From NCBI GenBank assembly GCA_002269645.1, contig NIVC01000291.1, positions 496,001 to 560,000 of the forward strand: a stretch of 64,000 nt of DNA. Reading direction: 5' to 3'. Within the stretch, counting starts at the first letter, position 1. Every line of letters begins with the position of its first letter. Positions 36,229-49,335 of this stretch are shown piece by piece. The notes under the pieces are model-generated. The model made no database searches and was not told the DNA's origin. It was given only the letters and a program-made list of their open reading frames with translations. A program made the translations under genes and the position numbers. The stretch comes from Macrostomum lignano. Its lineage: Eukaryota.

Positions 36229-39200
36229 TCAGTCAGCCTCCTCGGACCTCGCTGGCCGGCTGCCGCCGCGCAGGAAGTCGGCGCCGATCAGGCCGTGGGC
36301 GGTGCTGAACAGGTTGATGGGCGAGTTGCCGTCCGTGATGAGAGTGGACTTCAAACCCAGGCTTTGCAGCATCTTCACCTGCAGTGCGCGTGTGACAGGT
36401 TAGCGCTGTGTGACTTCAGGGATGGCGCTGTGTGACTTCAGGGATGGCGCTGTGTGACTTCAGGGATGGCGCTGTGTGACTTCAGGGATGGCGCTGTGTG
36501 ACTTCAGGGATGGCGCTGTGTGACTTCAGGGTTGGCGCTGTGTGACTTCAGAGGTGGCGCTGTGTGACTTCAGAGATGGCGCTGTGTGACTTCAGGGTTG
36601 GCGCTGTGTGACTTCAGGGATGGCGCTGTGTGACTTCAGAGGTGGCGCTGTGTGACTTCAGGGATGGCGCTGTGTGACTTCAGGGATGGCGCTGTGTGAC
36701 TTCAGAGGTGGCGCTGTGTGACTTCAGGGATGGCGCTGTGTGACTTCAGGGTTGGCGCTGTGTGACTTCAGAGGTGGCGCTGCGTGACTTCAGAGGTGGC
36801 GCTGTGTGACTTTAGGGATGGCGCTGTGTGACTTCAGGGATGGCGCTGTGTAACTTCAAAGTTGATTACTTTTGACTACTGTTCAGAGTTGGCGCCACTT
36901 CGCTTAAATAGCTAGCCAATGCATCACAGCCAATATACTTTGTAAGCTAGCAAGGTCCAAAGTTCTTAGCAAAAAGTCTCAATCAGCCTACTGCCGTGAG
37001 TAGCAATGTGCGCAAACACAATTCACTAACCTGCATCTCCGGCCCCGCGCTGGCGATGGCCCGGATCGTGTCGGCTCCGATCGCGTCAACGAATCGGCGG
37101 AACTTCTCCACCTCAATGCCGGACAGCTCCTTCTGCCGGCTGACGTCCAGCTGGTTCTGCTCGCGCTGGTAGGCCAGCTCGGCCTCCCTGGCCAGCTTCA
37201 CCCGCTCCAGCTCGGCCGAGGACTCGATGCCCAGCGCCTCGGCCCGGAACCGCGCCTGCTCCACAGCCGCCTGGCCCTCAATGCGGGCCGCCTCCGCCCG
37301 CGACTGCGCCTCCGCCTTCGCCTGGCCAGAGCTCTCCACCGCTGCCGAGTGCGCCTGCGGGATGGTGGGGCCATGCTCTGCTCATTCAACCTGCTTCCCT
37401 CCCTTCCCCTCCTCATTCAGCCTGCTTCCCTCCCTTCCCCTCCTCATTCAGCCTGCTTCCCCCCTTCCCCTCCTCATTCAGCCTGTTCCCCTCACCTGTA
37501 GCTCCAGCAGCTCCCGCCTGGCCCTCTCAGCCTCCGCCTCATCGGAGATCTTCTGGCGCTCCAGCTTGCCGCGGGCCTCCTGCTCCAGCCGCTCGGCCTC
37601 CTGCCTGGCCGTGGCCTCCTGCGAGTTGGTGGTGATCTCGATGGCCAGCTGCACGGACTTCTGCAGTGCATCCCGCGTGCGCTGCTCCACTGGCTCCACG
37701 TTCTGGATGTCCACCGAGGTGATGACCAGGTTGTTCTGCGGCATGCGGAACTCGTCCCGGATCTTGCCCTGCTCAGATTGAGTCGGTGGGTCGGTGTGGG
37801 TCAATGGGTCAGTGTGTCAATGAATCAATTGTCAATGAGTCAGTGTCGGTCGGTGGGTCAATGGGTCCAGTGTGGGTCAGTGGGTCCAGTGGGGTCAGTG
37901 GGTTAGTGTGGGTTAGTGTGGGTCAGTGTGGGTCAGTGTGGGTCAGTGTGAGTCAGTGTGAGTCAGTGGGTCAGTGGGTCAGTGGGTAAATGAGTCAGTG
38001 CTTTTATTTGTAAATATTTTGATTGATTTGATGATTTGATTTGATGATAAATCAATGAGTCAGAATCAAGCCATAAATTATGAGTAGGCTGAGCTGATGG
38101 GTCAGTGACGAGCTGATGGAGAGTCAGTATTCGAGCCAGCATCGGCGCTCACCGCCTCGTTGAAGCCGAACAGCGCTCCGCGGAGGATCCTGGCTGAGTG
38201 CCGGTGGAAGTCGTCGAAGCCGACCGCAGCAACGGCGCCGCGGACGCGGCTGGCCACGGCTTTGCACATGTCGCCGACAAAGTCGGGCACAGAGAACAGC
38301 TTGGCGGCCTCCTTGGCATCCTCAAGGCACTTGCTGGTGTCGAAGTACCAGTTGTATGACAGCTGGATCTGCAGCCTGGCGTGGTCGGAGGTCTCCAGCG
38401 TGATGATGTCGGTGGAGAAGTCGGGGCCGAGCAGCAAAGTCAGCGACTTTATGGTGTTTGGCTTCTTGGGCTTGCCGCCGGACAGGGAGAGCTGCGTGAA
38501 CTGCTCATCGGGGTTGAGCATGACCAGCTCGGGCCCGAACACCACGCGGGCCACCTTGGCCTTGTAGTCGTAGATCTGCACTGCGGCGTTGTGCGGCACG
38601 CGCAGGCTGACGGTGCGGGTGCGGTCGCGTGGCTTCGACTCGGGCGCCTCCGCCGCTTTGCTCCGCTCGAAGCGGTCGGGCACCGGGTCCTTCTGCTTCA
38701 CCAGCAGCGCCTCCACGGCCGGCGGCAGCTGCTTCTCCCACAGCTCCTCGTCCGGGCTCAGCATGTAGGTCTTGCCTGAGACGCAGCGGACCTGTGGGCG
38801 AGGGCGAGGGCGAGTGCTATGGGTTCCGAAGCTGCCTGCTGCTCTTCCTCATGACATCAGTCTCCTGATCCCAGCTGCTGTGTTTCCCTGCCAATTACCA
38901 GGTTACCTCCCGGTCACCCTCCCGGTCATCCTCCCGGTCACCCTCCCGGTCATCCTCCCGGTCACCCTCCCGGTCATCCTCCCGGTCACCCTCCCGGTCA
39001 CCCTCCCGGTCACCCTCCCGGTCACCCTCCCGGTCACCCTCCCGGTCACCCTCCCGGTCACCCTCCCGGTCACCCTCCCGGTCACCCTCCCGGTCACCCT
39101 CCCGGTCACCCTCCCGGTCACCCTCCCGGTCACCCTCCCGGTCACCCTCCCGGTCACCCTCCCGGTCACCCTCCCGGTCACCCTCCCGGTCACCCTCCCG

Positions 39201-41930
39201 GTCACCCTCCCGGTCACCCTCCCGGTCACCCTCCCGGTCACCCTCCCGGTCACCCTCCCGGTCACCCTCCCGGTCACCCTCCCGGTCACCCTCCCGGTCA
39301 CCCTCCCGGTCACCCTCCTATGGCAGTATTAGTAAATGCGCAATAAAGCATTAAACAGGCTCACCTGCCCAGTCTTGATATCCCGCACGTAGATGCCCTC
39401 GTTAACGTCCAGCGGGATGGCGGTCCGCTTGCAGACGACCTCCACCTCCACGGGCGGCACGTACTCGGCCGGGCCGCGGATCATCCAGCGGTCGCCGGGT
39501 TTGCGCACCCGGTCGGCGGCCTCCTTGAACTCCTCCTGGGCGCGGAGGATCAGGCCTTCGTTCTCGCTCAGCACGTAGACATTCATGATGCCGCGCTCCA
39601 GGCTCTCGCCCGGCTGCAGGAAGAAGGAGCGCTCGCCGTGCACGAGCTTCTTCTTGCCCAGCTGCGGCTTGCCGTCCGCGCCGCAGGGGTCGCAGATAAT
39701 GCAGTACTGCCGGTTGCTCAGCGTGGTGATGCCGATGACGCCGACCACCTCCTCGTGCACGCCTGTGAGTCATCATATTAGCATATAAATAGCTAACACC
39801 AGATTCCCTTTCCCAGATTCCAAATCCCAGATTCCCGATCCCAGATTCCCAATCCCAGATTCCCGATCCCAGATTCCCAATCCCAGATTCCAAATCCCAG
39901 ATTCCCGATCCCAGATTCCTAATCCCAGATTCCCAATCCCAGATTCCCAATCCCAGATTCCCAATCCCAGATTCCCAATCCCAGTTTCCCGATTCCAGAT
40001 TCCCAATCCCAGATTCTCAATCCCAGATTCTCAATCCCAGATTCCCAATCCCAGATTCCCGATCCCAGATTCCCAATCCCAGATTCCAAATCCCAGATTC
40101 CCGATCCCAGATTCCTAATCCCAGATTCCCAATCCCAGATTCCCAATCCCAGATTCCCAATCCCAGATTCCCAATCCCAGTTTCCCGATTCCAGATTCCC
40201 AATCCCAGATTCTCAATCCCAGATTCTCAATCCCAGATTCCCAATCCCAGATTCCCAATCCCAGATTCCCGATCCCAGATTCCCAATCCCAGATTCTCAA
40301 TCCCAGATTCCCGATCCCAGATTTCCGATCCCAGATTCCCGATCCCATATTCCCGATCCCAGATTCCCAATCCCAGATTCCCAATCCCAGATTCCAAATC
40401 CCAGTTTCCTAATCCCAGATTCCCAATCCCAGATTCCAAATCCCAGATTCACAATTAAATTCACAATTTAAAATTTTCACAATTAAAAGTCGTTAAATAT
40501 CAACATCACAATCGTGAACCCAGAGTTTCACCTCCTCAGCAGAAGCCTCGAACTCTAATAAAGCATCAGTGATCGCTCAAAGCCGGTCTCAGAGCCGCAG
40601 CTCACCTGGAATATGCGACTCCGTGTCGGCCAGTGTGATCAGCCACTCCTCGCCGGATTTTCTCGTCTTGCCAAAACCGTCCACAAAGGTGCGCAGGGCG
40701 CGCATGTGCAGCGCCTTCTTCTCGGTGAGAACCAGGGCGTCGACGGTGGCCACCACCTCCTCGTAGGCGCCCGGCAGGTAGGCGCCGGTCACCTTCACAA
40801 TCCACTCCTCACCGCACACCCTGCCATTCGGTTGGGGGAATTTCGGTGAATATAGCCAGTGAAGCCATTGGATGCTTTAGATCGATAGACGCCTCGCCTG
40901 GGGCTTGCCATCCCTGTCCTTGCACTCCTTCCTGACGCCTCACCTGGGCTTGCCATCCCTGTCCTTGCACTCCTTCCTGACGCCTCACCTGGGCTTGCCA
41001 TCCCTGTCCTTGCACTCCTTCCTGACGCCTCACCTGGGCTTGCCATCCCTGTCCTTGCACTCCTTCCTGGCACGTAGACGCAGCGCCTGATTTGGCCTGA
41101 TGACGGTGGCGCGGACGACCTCCTCGACGGAGACCTCCTTGCGCGGGATGTACGCCCCGGGTCCCTCGAACAGCCACTCGTCTCCGGCGATCCGCTCCAC
41201 GCCGCCGTCGTCGGTGAAGTCCAGCTGGGCCTTCAGGCGCAGCGCCGAGTTGAGCGGTACGATCCGCAGAGGTGAGACTCCGACCTTGAGCGACTCACCT
41301 GGGTAGAGCGGGAACGGTTCCTGGGCCAGGCGGATCTCCTGGTCGGCGTGGGCCAGCTTGGCTTGGCCAAACGTGTCGTAGACGACCTACGTATCGAGTT
41401 GGAGAGAGAGCGTTTTGCGTCAGCCAATCAGAATCGAGGAGGCTCGCCAGCCAATGAGAATCGACAAAGGAGAAGAAGTGAGTGAAGTGAGAGACAGACA
41501 GAGTTAACAAAGCAATGGCAATGGATAACAACTACAAGTTAAAACGCTTTTTGTTTGATGATTTTTCTGGACCAGACAGGCAAATAAAAACTAAGATTTT
41601 GGCTTTGAATGTTTGTTCAGGCATTCAACCAATCAGAATCTAGTATAGAATAATGCGTGGTCCAAAAGCAAGCAAAAATGAGCTTGAAGCAGATTTGCTC
41701 ACGCTGCCATCTTCGGCCTTGACTACCGGATTCTCGATGACGCAATAGTGTCTGGGCGGCACAGTCACCATGCGCTCCGGCCCAAGGATGACCCGCTCAT
41801 TGTCCTGCCTTACGAAGGTGCGCGGCCCGGTCTCGATGCGGGTGACATTCGAGTTCTGGTCGAGCACGTGCAGGTAGAAGAATGGCGGGATTCTGACCAC
41901 GCTGGTGTCGTCTCCGGGCTTCTTGCTCAT
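36229..41930 (-). CDS. MVP: major vault protein, 8 coding exons
   Basis: Exons 41930-41703, 41386-41034, 40820-40606, 39762-39365, 38791-38153, 37768-37496, 37354-37031 and 36378-36229 are all GT-AG and phase-consistent. Motifs: [90 protein letters not shown]. 5'UTR intron 41959-42419. Confidence 0.97.
36402..36858. repeat. 22-bp intronic minisatellite
   Basis: GCGCTGTGTGACTTCAGGGATG units in the last MVP intron. Confidence 0.96.
37790..37995. repeat. degenerate GGTCAGTGT(G) intronic repeat
   Basis: Short tandem units in MVP intron 37769-38152. Confidence 0.85.
38905..39317. repeat. 12-bp near-perfect intronic minisatellite
   Basis: (CCCTCCCGGTCA)n. Confidence 0.98.
39800..40450. repeat. 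14-bp intronic minisatellite
   Basis: CCCAGATTCCCAAT variants. Confidence 0.96.
40895..41070 (-). repeat. 45-bp tandem duplication of an MVP exon end plus its 5' splice site
   Basis: The sense-strand unit GTGAGGCGTCAGGAAGGAGTGCAAGGACAGGGATGGCAAGCCCAG repeats the exon terminus ([12 protein letters not shown]). Confidence 0.93.
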
Positions 41931-41999
41931 GACGCTGCGGCTGCTGAGAACCTTTGAGCTAAAGATACGAATTAAATGCGTTAAAGTCAGCGAATTGAG

Positions 42000-42330
42000 T
42001 TCTGCGGACCCTGAGGGATTGGGGGGTTAGTAGCTGCGGACCCTGAAGGACTGGGAGTTAGTAGCTGCGGACCCTGAAGGACTGGGAGTTAGTAGCTGCG
42101 GACCCTGAAGGACTGGGAGTTAGTAGCTGCGGACCCTGAAGGACTGGGGGTTAGTAGCTGCGGACCCTGAAGGACTGGGAGTTAGTAGCTGCGGACCCTG
42201 AAGGACTGGGGGTTAGTAGCTGCGGACCCTGAAGGACTGGGGGTTAGTAGCTGCGGACCCTGAAGGACTGGGAGTTAGTAGCTGCGGACCCTGAAGGACT
42301 GGGAGTTAGTAGCTGCGGACCCTGAAGGAA
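42000..42330 (-). repeat. 31-bp minisatellite in MVP 5'UTR intron
   Basis: Sense-strand unit CTACTAACTCCCAGTCCTTCAGGGTCCGCAG, ~10 copies. Confidence 0.95.
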
Positions 42331-43218
42331 GGACTGGGGGATTGTGATGTGTAAAAACCTTCGCACACACTTGGCAAACAGAACTGGCAACAGGAAATAA
42401 AAATGTTAGAAAAACTCACCACGGGAAAAACTTTGAGCCTGATGGGACAGCAGAGCGAAGAGCGAGAAGGCGGAGAGAGCCGAGGCCGGTTTTAAGCAGA
42501 GGAGATTGCAGCGCACCGTGAAAATTCTTTAGATAGGTCCGGCGGGTTGGGTGGTCTGCGTGTACTTAGCCTTTATTAGTAAAGTGTACAGTGTACTTGT
42601 ACAGTGCAGAGTGGGTGGGTGTGGCGGTGGATTCCTGCCCCAGCCCCCTTGTCTGTACACCCCTTCCAGTCCTATTCAGTTCTCGAGCTGGGGCGGCGGA
42701 CATTTTCAGTACAAAATAAAGGGTGGCCCTATAAATCCTACCGTAGTTCATCAGCTTGTTTAATCAAGAATTAAAGATTAATACTGTTGAACAGGTTTCC
42801 AAAAGCTAAGCTTATTTAGTCTCAAATCTAGCTCTTAATTAATCAAATTGTTTTGCATAGTAACTTGGTAAAGTGTTAATTACTAAAGCTTGGGTATTAA
42901 TTTATGAACCCCCCCCCCCTGCTGCAAATGAATATAAACCGTGTGACGCTTGATTGTGAAATTTTGCAAAGCTGGGCCGTACATTTCTACTTTTAGCCAA
43001 TGAGTAATTCAGCGAGGGAATTGCGTTAGCCCTCGCTCTTGCTGTCTTGCCCAGTTACCAGCGGAGAAACTGTGCAGAATTGCACTGCTGGGCCGATGCA
43101 CTCTCAAATGATGAAAAATAGATGCAAAGAAGCAAGTAGTGTATCACTATGTAGTAAAAGATTAAAAAAGTGTTAGTGTGTGTTCAAGCCCAAGCCACTT
43201 TATAGTCTGTCATAAATC

Positions 43219-44280
43219 CAGTGGCGTAGCCAGGAATTTCAATTGGGGGGGGGGGCGGGTTGGCCTGGCTGGCCATGCGTTATGCCATTGCCACTTTTGG
43301 CGCCGCATGCACTCATTTTGGCGCCGCAGGCACTCATTTTGGCGCCGCAGGCACTCATATTAGCATCGCAGGCACTCATTTTGGCGCCGCAGGCACTCAT
43401 TTTGGCGCCGCAGGCACTCATTTTGGCGCCGCAGGCACTCATTTTGGCGCCGCAGGCACTCATTTTAGCATCGCAGGCGCTCATTTTGGCGCCGCAGGCA
43501 CTCATTTTGGCGCCGCAGGCACTCATTTTGGCGCCGCAGGCACTCATTTTAGCATCGCAGGCACTCATTTTGGCGCCGCAGGCACTCATTTTGGCGCCGC
43601 AGGCACTCATTTTGGCGCCGCAGGCACTCATTTTGGCGCCGCAGGCACTCATTTTGGCGCCGCAGGCACTCATTTTGGCGCCGCAGGCACTCATTTTGGC
43701 GCCGCAGGCACTCATTTTAGCATCGCAGGCGCTCATTTTGGCGCCGCAGGCACTCATTTTGGCGCCGCAGGCACTCATTTTGGCGCCGCAGGCACTCATT
43801 TTAGCATCGCAGGCACTCATTTTGGCGCCGCAGGCACTCATTTTGGCGCCGCAGGCACTCATTTTAGCATCGCAGGCACTCATTTTGGCGCCGCAGGCAC
43901 TCATTTTGGCGCCGCAGGCACTCATTTTGGCGCCGCAGGCACTCATTTTGGCGCCGCAGGCACTCATTTTGGCGCCGCAGGCACTCATTTTGGCGCCGCA
44001 GGCACTCATTTTGGCGCCGCAGGCACTCATTTTAGCATCGCAGGCGCTCATTTTGGCGCCGCAGGCACTCATTTTGGCGCCGCAGGCACTCATTTTGGCG
44101 CCACTCATTTTAGCATCGCAGGCACTCATTTTGGCGCCGCAGGCACTCATTTTGGCGCCGCAGGCACTCAATTGCCTCAGGGTTTTTGGTACCCGCCGCT
44201 CCAAACCGAACCCCACCCCCAGGCGATTGGGGGGAGGGGGCCGCGGCCCCCCGGCCCCCCGCCCGGTGGCTACGCCACTG
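43219..44280. mobile_element. non-autonomous hAT-type DNA transposon (MITE-like) filled with a 21-bp minisatellite
   Basis: Perfect 14-bp TIRs CAGTGGCGTAGCCA...TGGCTACGCCACTG. 8-bp target-site duplication CATAAATC at 43211-43218 and 44281-44288. Interior (GGCACTCATTTTGGCGCCGCA)n. An 8-bp TSD with CAG-initial TIRs is typical of the hAT superfamily. Confidence 0.9.
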
Positions 44281-47200
44281 CATAAATCCCGCGTTGTCAA
44301 AGTCAACTTGCTTTAATACAAGCCTCCCCTCGTTTTCAAATACAAAGCCTTTGCCCGGCTATGATGAGTATTCATCTGCGAATAACATACGTCAATTGAC
44401 TCTCCTGCACAACTAGTGCATCCTACGGTCACTACAAAAAGTCCTTGTAAAGGATGAACCTTAACTCTTCAGTTGTCCTTGCATAGTACCCTAGTTGACA
44501 ATCTTACAAACTGACTTGTCAGATCTGATTTCTCTTGAATAGTCTTATTAAATCTTCTCAGATCTGTTCAGAAAATGTAAGTGACAGATAAAAATCTATG
44601 ATTAGTATGTTTTGTATGCAAACAATATTTTCCTGCTTTAAAAGTCGAAAAAGCTTTTATAATGTGATAATTTAATTCACTAATTCACAGTTTAGTTGAT
44701 CTAACAGATTTCGCAAGGTGATAATGCAAGTTGCGATTGCATATGTATCGAAGGGAAAATTTATAATAGGTAAAAGGAGTACTGCACAGCAGAATTGTAT
44801 TACATATAAAATTTCAGCATGATGTGTTTCATTTTTACAGTTTAGTAATCTTAAACTGATATTCCTATGTACATGTGTACACATATGTAGTCATTTTTAC
44901 ACTGTCGTAAAATATTTGCTAAATGTATAAGAAACTATAAAAACGTATTTGTACACTTAAGTAATATATAATAGTTGTATTTACTTATCTAAATGGGCAA
45001 ATGGGCAAGTTTATAAATAAAAAATGTGCCCTGTTTGTTTTAACTATGTTTTCTTTTAAATAAGCTTCTGCTGTATTTACTTTCGTAGATCGATTTATCG
45101 GATTCATCTAGGCTTACAAATTTACCAACGCGTCTGCTAATTTGTAGGCCTAAGCCTATGAAAAGTTTTTTGCTACTTTCTATTTTAATTTTTCAGTAAA
45201 TACTTTATTTGCAATGCAAGTGACAAGAGCAGCCATTAATGGCCCGAGTCCAGGAAATGAAGCTAAAGTCTTTGTGTCTTTGTACTGCATTCTGTGCTGT
45301 GGTAGCAGTACTAAGAATTTTTTACAAATCTTCAAGCTAACAGACACTCGATTTTCATCATGTTCTTTAGAAGCACGCCTGCGTTGAGATTTTGTAAGTA
45401 TGGAGCTCTACATTGTTAATTAGAGAAAAAATGATGATAAGCATTGGCCTAGCCCTAGCCTACCTAGCCTAAGCCAAGCCCTAGGCACATGATGAAGATG
45501 GCCACAGCTCTAAATATCTAAATAGATCATAGGCCTAGGTCTATATATTTCCTCATTTCCTATTATTAGTATAATGGAGATAAGTAAGGGAGATAAGTAC
45601 TAGGGCATATATATATATATATATATAAAATGGAATTAGATTAGGCCTAACCAAACAAAAACTTGAAAAAACAATTTTGTATTGTGAATAAAGTCTAAAA
45701 ATCTGTTATTGCATGATATTTATATATTCAATTATAATTAAACTTCATAATTTACATAATGATGGCACTAGGGGGGGCCTAAGTTATGAATTAATATTAA
45801 AAAGTTGATAATACAGAGATTAAAAAATTCTATGCTGTAGCCATCTTGGACTTGGTTTTACACCCTACATGTATCACTAAGCCATGTTGCCCTTCCATTG
45901 TCATTCTATCCTAGTTTGGTTTTCACATTTTTTTTCTAATTTTGACCTAGACCTAATTTTTTAAAAGTATTTGGGCTAAAAATATAGCAGTGAAGTATAA
46001 TTTGCATATTTAAAAACATTAAGGCAAAACCTTTATGCTTTTTAATCATTGGGACAGATATTTTAAACCAAATGTGTAGTGTATAAAGGCATTGTCCAGT
46101 GTCCAAGCCATTAATTCTTTTATACCCGCAGCCACAGAGCCAACAAATCTGCTGTCAAGTTTGATTGATATGGTAAATCATCAGATTTTAGAAAGAAGCA
46201 AACAAATGCTTTCAAGAAATCATGCAAAATATTGATTTTAACCTACCTACAACTTGAGTAAGTATTGTGCATATTTCTCTGAAAAGTACTAGTGTATTTC
46301 ATTATCATTATTTCAATTATTGTATATGTATACTCCACTTTATTTTTATTTCAAGATGCTTTTCGGGCTTGCTATGGACAGACACTGGAGAGCTACTTGG
46401 CTGTTGCTCAACCAAGCATCTAGATATTGTGCCAGGACAAGTGTCAAGAAGCACAGGTGTCAGCAGGCCAATCTGCCAATGGCCGCAGCAGATGGCACTA
46501 TGAATGGTGCTTGACTTGGTGTGTCAGTTTTTATAAAATTCTTTAACTTCAAAGTTTCGGATTTGTTTGTTTTTTATGTAATGCACTTAAGACACAAAAT
46601 TTAAAAAGTAAGGTAAAAAATTACAGTTGCTTTTAACTTTTTGATTGATTAATTAACTAATTGCAGGTAAAACTTGAAGGAATTTTAAAAGTTTCCTTCA
46701 TAAAGACGTCAATTAAAACAATTTTTGCTGTTGGTTTTAGTGCTAAATAGTTAAATAGAAGTACTGGTATAATAGTGAGTTAAACATCTTTTAATTGTTA
46801 TTAAATTGTTATGCAGTGCTTAAAAGACCTTGCTTTTTGGTTTAGTTGTGACTGCATTTGCAGATGAATTTTGTTTGCATGTTTCTTTGTGCCAATTTTT
46901 CTGTCCTAAATAAATTGCCAAAGTTGATTTTTGGTTTTCTAATGCCTACAGTCTGTCTTGAATATAATTAAATGACAATAATAAATGCTTTTTTCTAATA
47001 AATCCAACCTTATATTAAATTATTTATTGCTGTACATAAACACAAATATAAAGCTTTTTAAGCAATTAATTGTTTATATTCTTTTTCCTTTTATTAATAT
47101 TCGAGAATCAAAGAACCAAAAATGGTGACCATTGAATTCTGCATAGATAAACATATGCAAAATTTCCTGCGATTTCTTGCCAGATCTTACCCAACTCTTG

Positions 47201-48439
47201 TCAAATCTTACAGGATACCTTAAGTAAGATCTTATAATTTCTTTGGAATTATTGAAGGAATTGGTAAGTCAGATTTTGTAAGATTTGGCAAGTCATTGTC
47301 AACTAGGGTAACTCTGCATGTCGTCCATTCAGGCCACAGGGCGTCTATGTCTCAAACCAGCGCAGCAAAATCAAGCGGCGTTGCCGACCGGTATACAGAG
47401 CCCAAATTGAAATCAAATCTAGCCTAGCCAACTGGCGGAGCGATGGCAGAGAGCGAACAGTGTCAGGACACTTGACTTGATGGAGAAGACTGACATGCAG
47501 CAGTTTCGGCGCTCATCTGAGCCGCAGCCGGTCGCTGCCGCCTCCATCAACCTGTCAGCTGGCAGCAGAAAACCAGCTGAGATGAACGAGATGCTACTCA
47601 TTCAGCAACTTAAGTCATTGAAGTAAAAGAAAATCGGGTGTGAGAACGGGCCAGCTCACAATGCCCCCGCCGCCGTTATGTCGACAGGCGACAGTTCAGG
47701 CGCTCCGAAGGATCACGCGGACTTTGAAGGCCAGCGGTAAGGCAGCCGCAGCAGCACCGCCAGGGGCGCGGCGACTCTGAGGCAGCTTCGCGGTCGGTCT
47801 GACGCAGACAGCAAACAGCGGTCATCCACAATGGCTCAAGACGTCGAACAGCTGGGCTGCCGCGTTTTCTGCATGGACGCGATAGTGCAGCAATTTTTGC
47901 AGGCTGCATGAGACGAATGCGTCGGCAGCTCTCTTTCTGAATCTTCGGACAGCTAGTAGTCGATCAACATGTAGAGGCAGCGTTTTGTGACGGCCTTCAT
48001 TATTTTTTTCAGAATTTTTTAATTCTTTTAGTTTTAAGCTAAGAGACCTAAAATTAAGGCAAATTTTGTTCAATATATGGCATGAAGCGCATATTATACA
48101 GTATAGTAGCTTGCTAATCTAACGGTGTTCACCATGTAGCTCATGCCTCAAAATCAAAAGGCTGCTCGAATTGTCCTTAAAACATACAAAACCAGTTTAT
48201 CGCATGTTTAACTATAAACTCAAGGTAACACACAACTGAAATCTTGCAGTTTACTAGTCGAAATAGGTGACAGTGACACATGGACAACTTGGAGTACATG
48301 TAGATCAGTCCGTTGTCCGGGGTGACAATTATACAACAAGCTGCTTAGAGAGGGGTGTAGTCTAGTGAACGCGGCGCTCTTATGTTCCAATTGCAGATAC
48401 ATTACACGTACATGTAATTTGGAGCTATATGCAATCGAT

Positions 48440-48745
48440 CGACTTGGGTCTGCTCGTGCAATAACGCCCCGAGGGACTGGCCCCCTCCTATATAAAGACA
48501 CTGCAGGTAGATATAGAATGCACATGCCTGACGATTGAAAAATTGTGGCCCGCTGAACACTGCGCGAGTGTGTGTCTGTGCGTGTAAACTGCATATGATT
48601 CGCGCGCTTGTGTGCCTAAGGCCAGGGGATTCGGCGGAATGGGAGCAGTAATGGCCTCTCGCCGCGGCTGTATGTGTGAGAAAGTCATTCAATTAGTGCG
48701 CGCCATGGTGCACACAGCTTCTGCCTCTAAATGAAAAAATAGCTC
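48440..48745 (+). repeat. dispersed ~300-bp repeat with A-rich 3' end, diverged copy
   Basis: Colinear with 55575-55850. Shared CGCGCGCTTGT, TCGGCGGAATGGG, GCAGTAATG, CCTCTCGCCG, GGTGCACACA and CTGCCTCTAA blocks. Confidence 0.8.
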
Positions 48746-49335
48746 GAGAGAAGACGAGTCATCTATTTGCCCAAACCCAAAACTAAAAAGTTTTTCTGGC
48801 AATAAGCAGGAAGCTACTGCTTTCTAGTCAATTCGCTAATATTTGTAGAACTCCGTAGAAATAAGAATTTTTCTTAAGGTATTATATACCCCAACAACGG
48901 TAACTAATTGTATAAATACCTATAAGTTTTTACAAAAAGTTCGTTTAGAAGTGTAAAACATATTAATGAAAGTAACTTTGTTAAATATAATTCGCTTTCG
49001 CAGAAAAAAAGTCCGCCCAGGACGAAATTCGGGTTTCGAGGACACAGGCTAATCACGAACATCTCAACCGCGGTCACAGTTTGACATTATTGCCTTATCG
49101 CCTTCACATTTGAGTGTTGATGATTCAAATGAAAGATTTTCTCAAAACAAGATAGCTTATATAATTTTACCTATTAGTATTTAGTTGGTTTATAGAAAGC
49201 GTGTTTAATTTTTAATTTATCAATATAAAGCCTGTCCTGCTCCTTTTTACCATCATAGATTGATATTTTTTGTAATCCGCTGCTCCAAGTCTACTGTTTG
49301 AGAAAGAAATGGTCAGGTGTCTGTGAAATGACTTG

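Noticed and set aside
42420-43200. Possible vault RNA or other ncRNA next to MVP
   Set aside because: I could not identify pol III A/B boxes with a terminator or a supportable structure by eye.
43239-44316. 341-357 aa repeat ORFs (GAAGTHF / ALILAPQ / KMSACGA), superficially like antifreeze or silk proteins
   Set aside because: 21-bp unit open in several frames on both strands, inside a TIR/TSD-bounded transposon.
47340-48073. GC-richer island with short ORFs on both strands
   Set aside because: No recognisable domain, frequent stops and no consistent splice model; possibly a decayed element or UTR.
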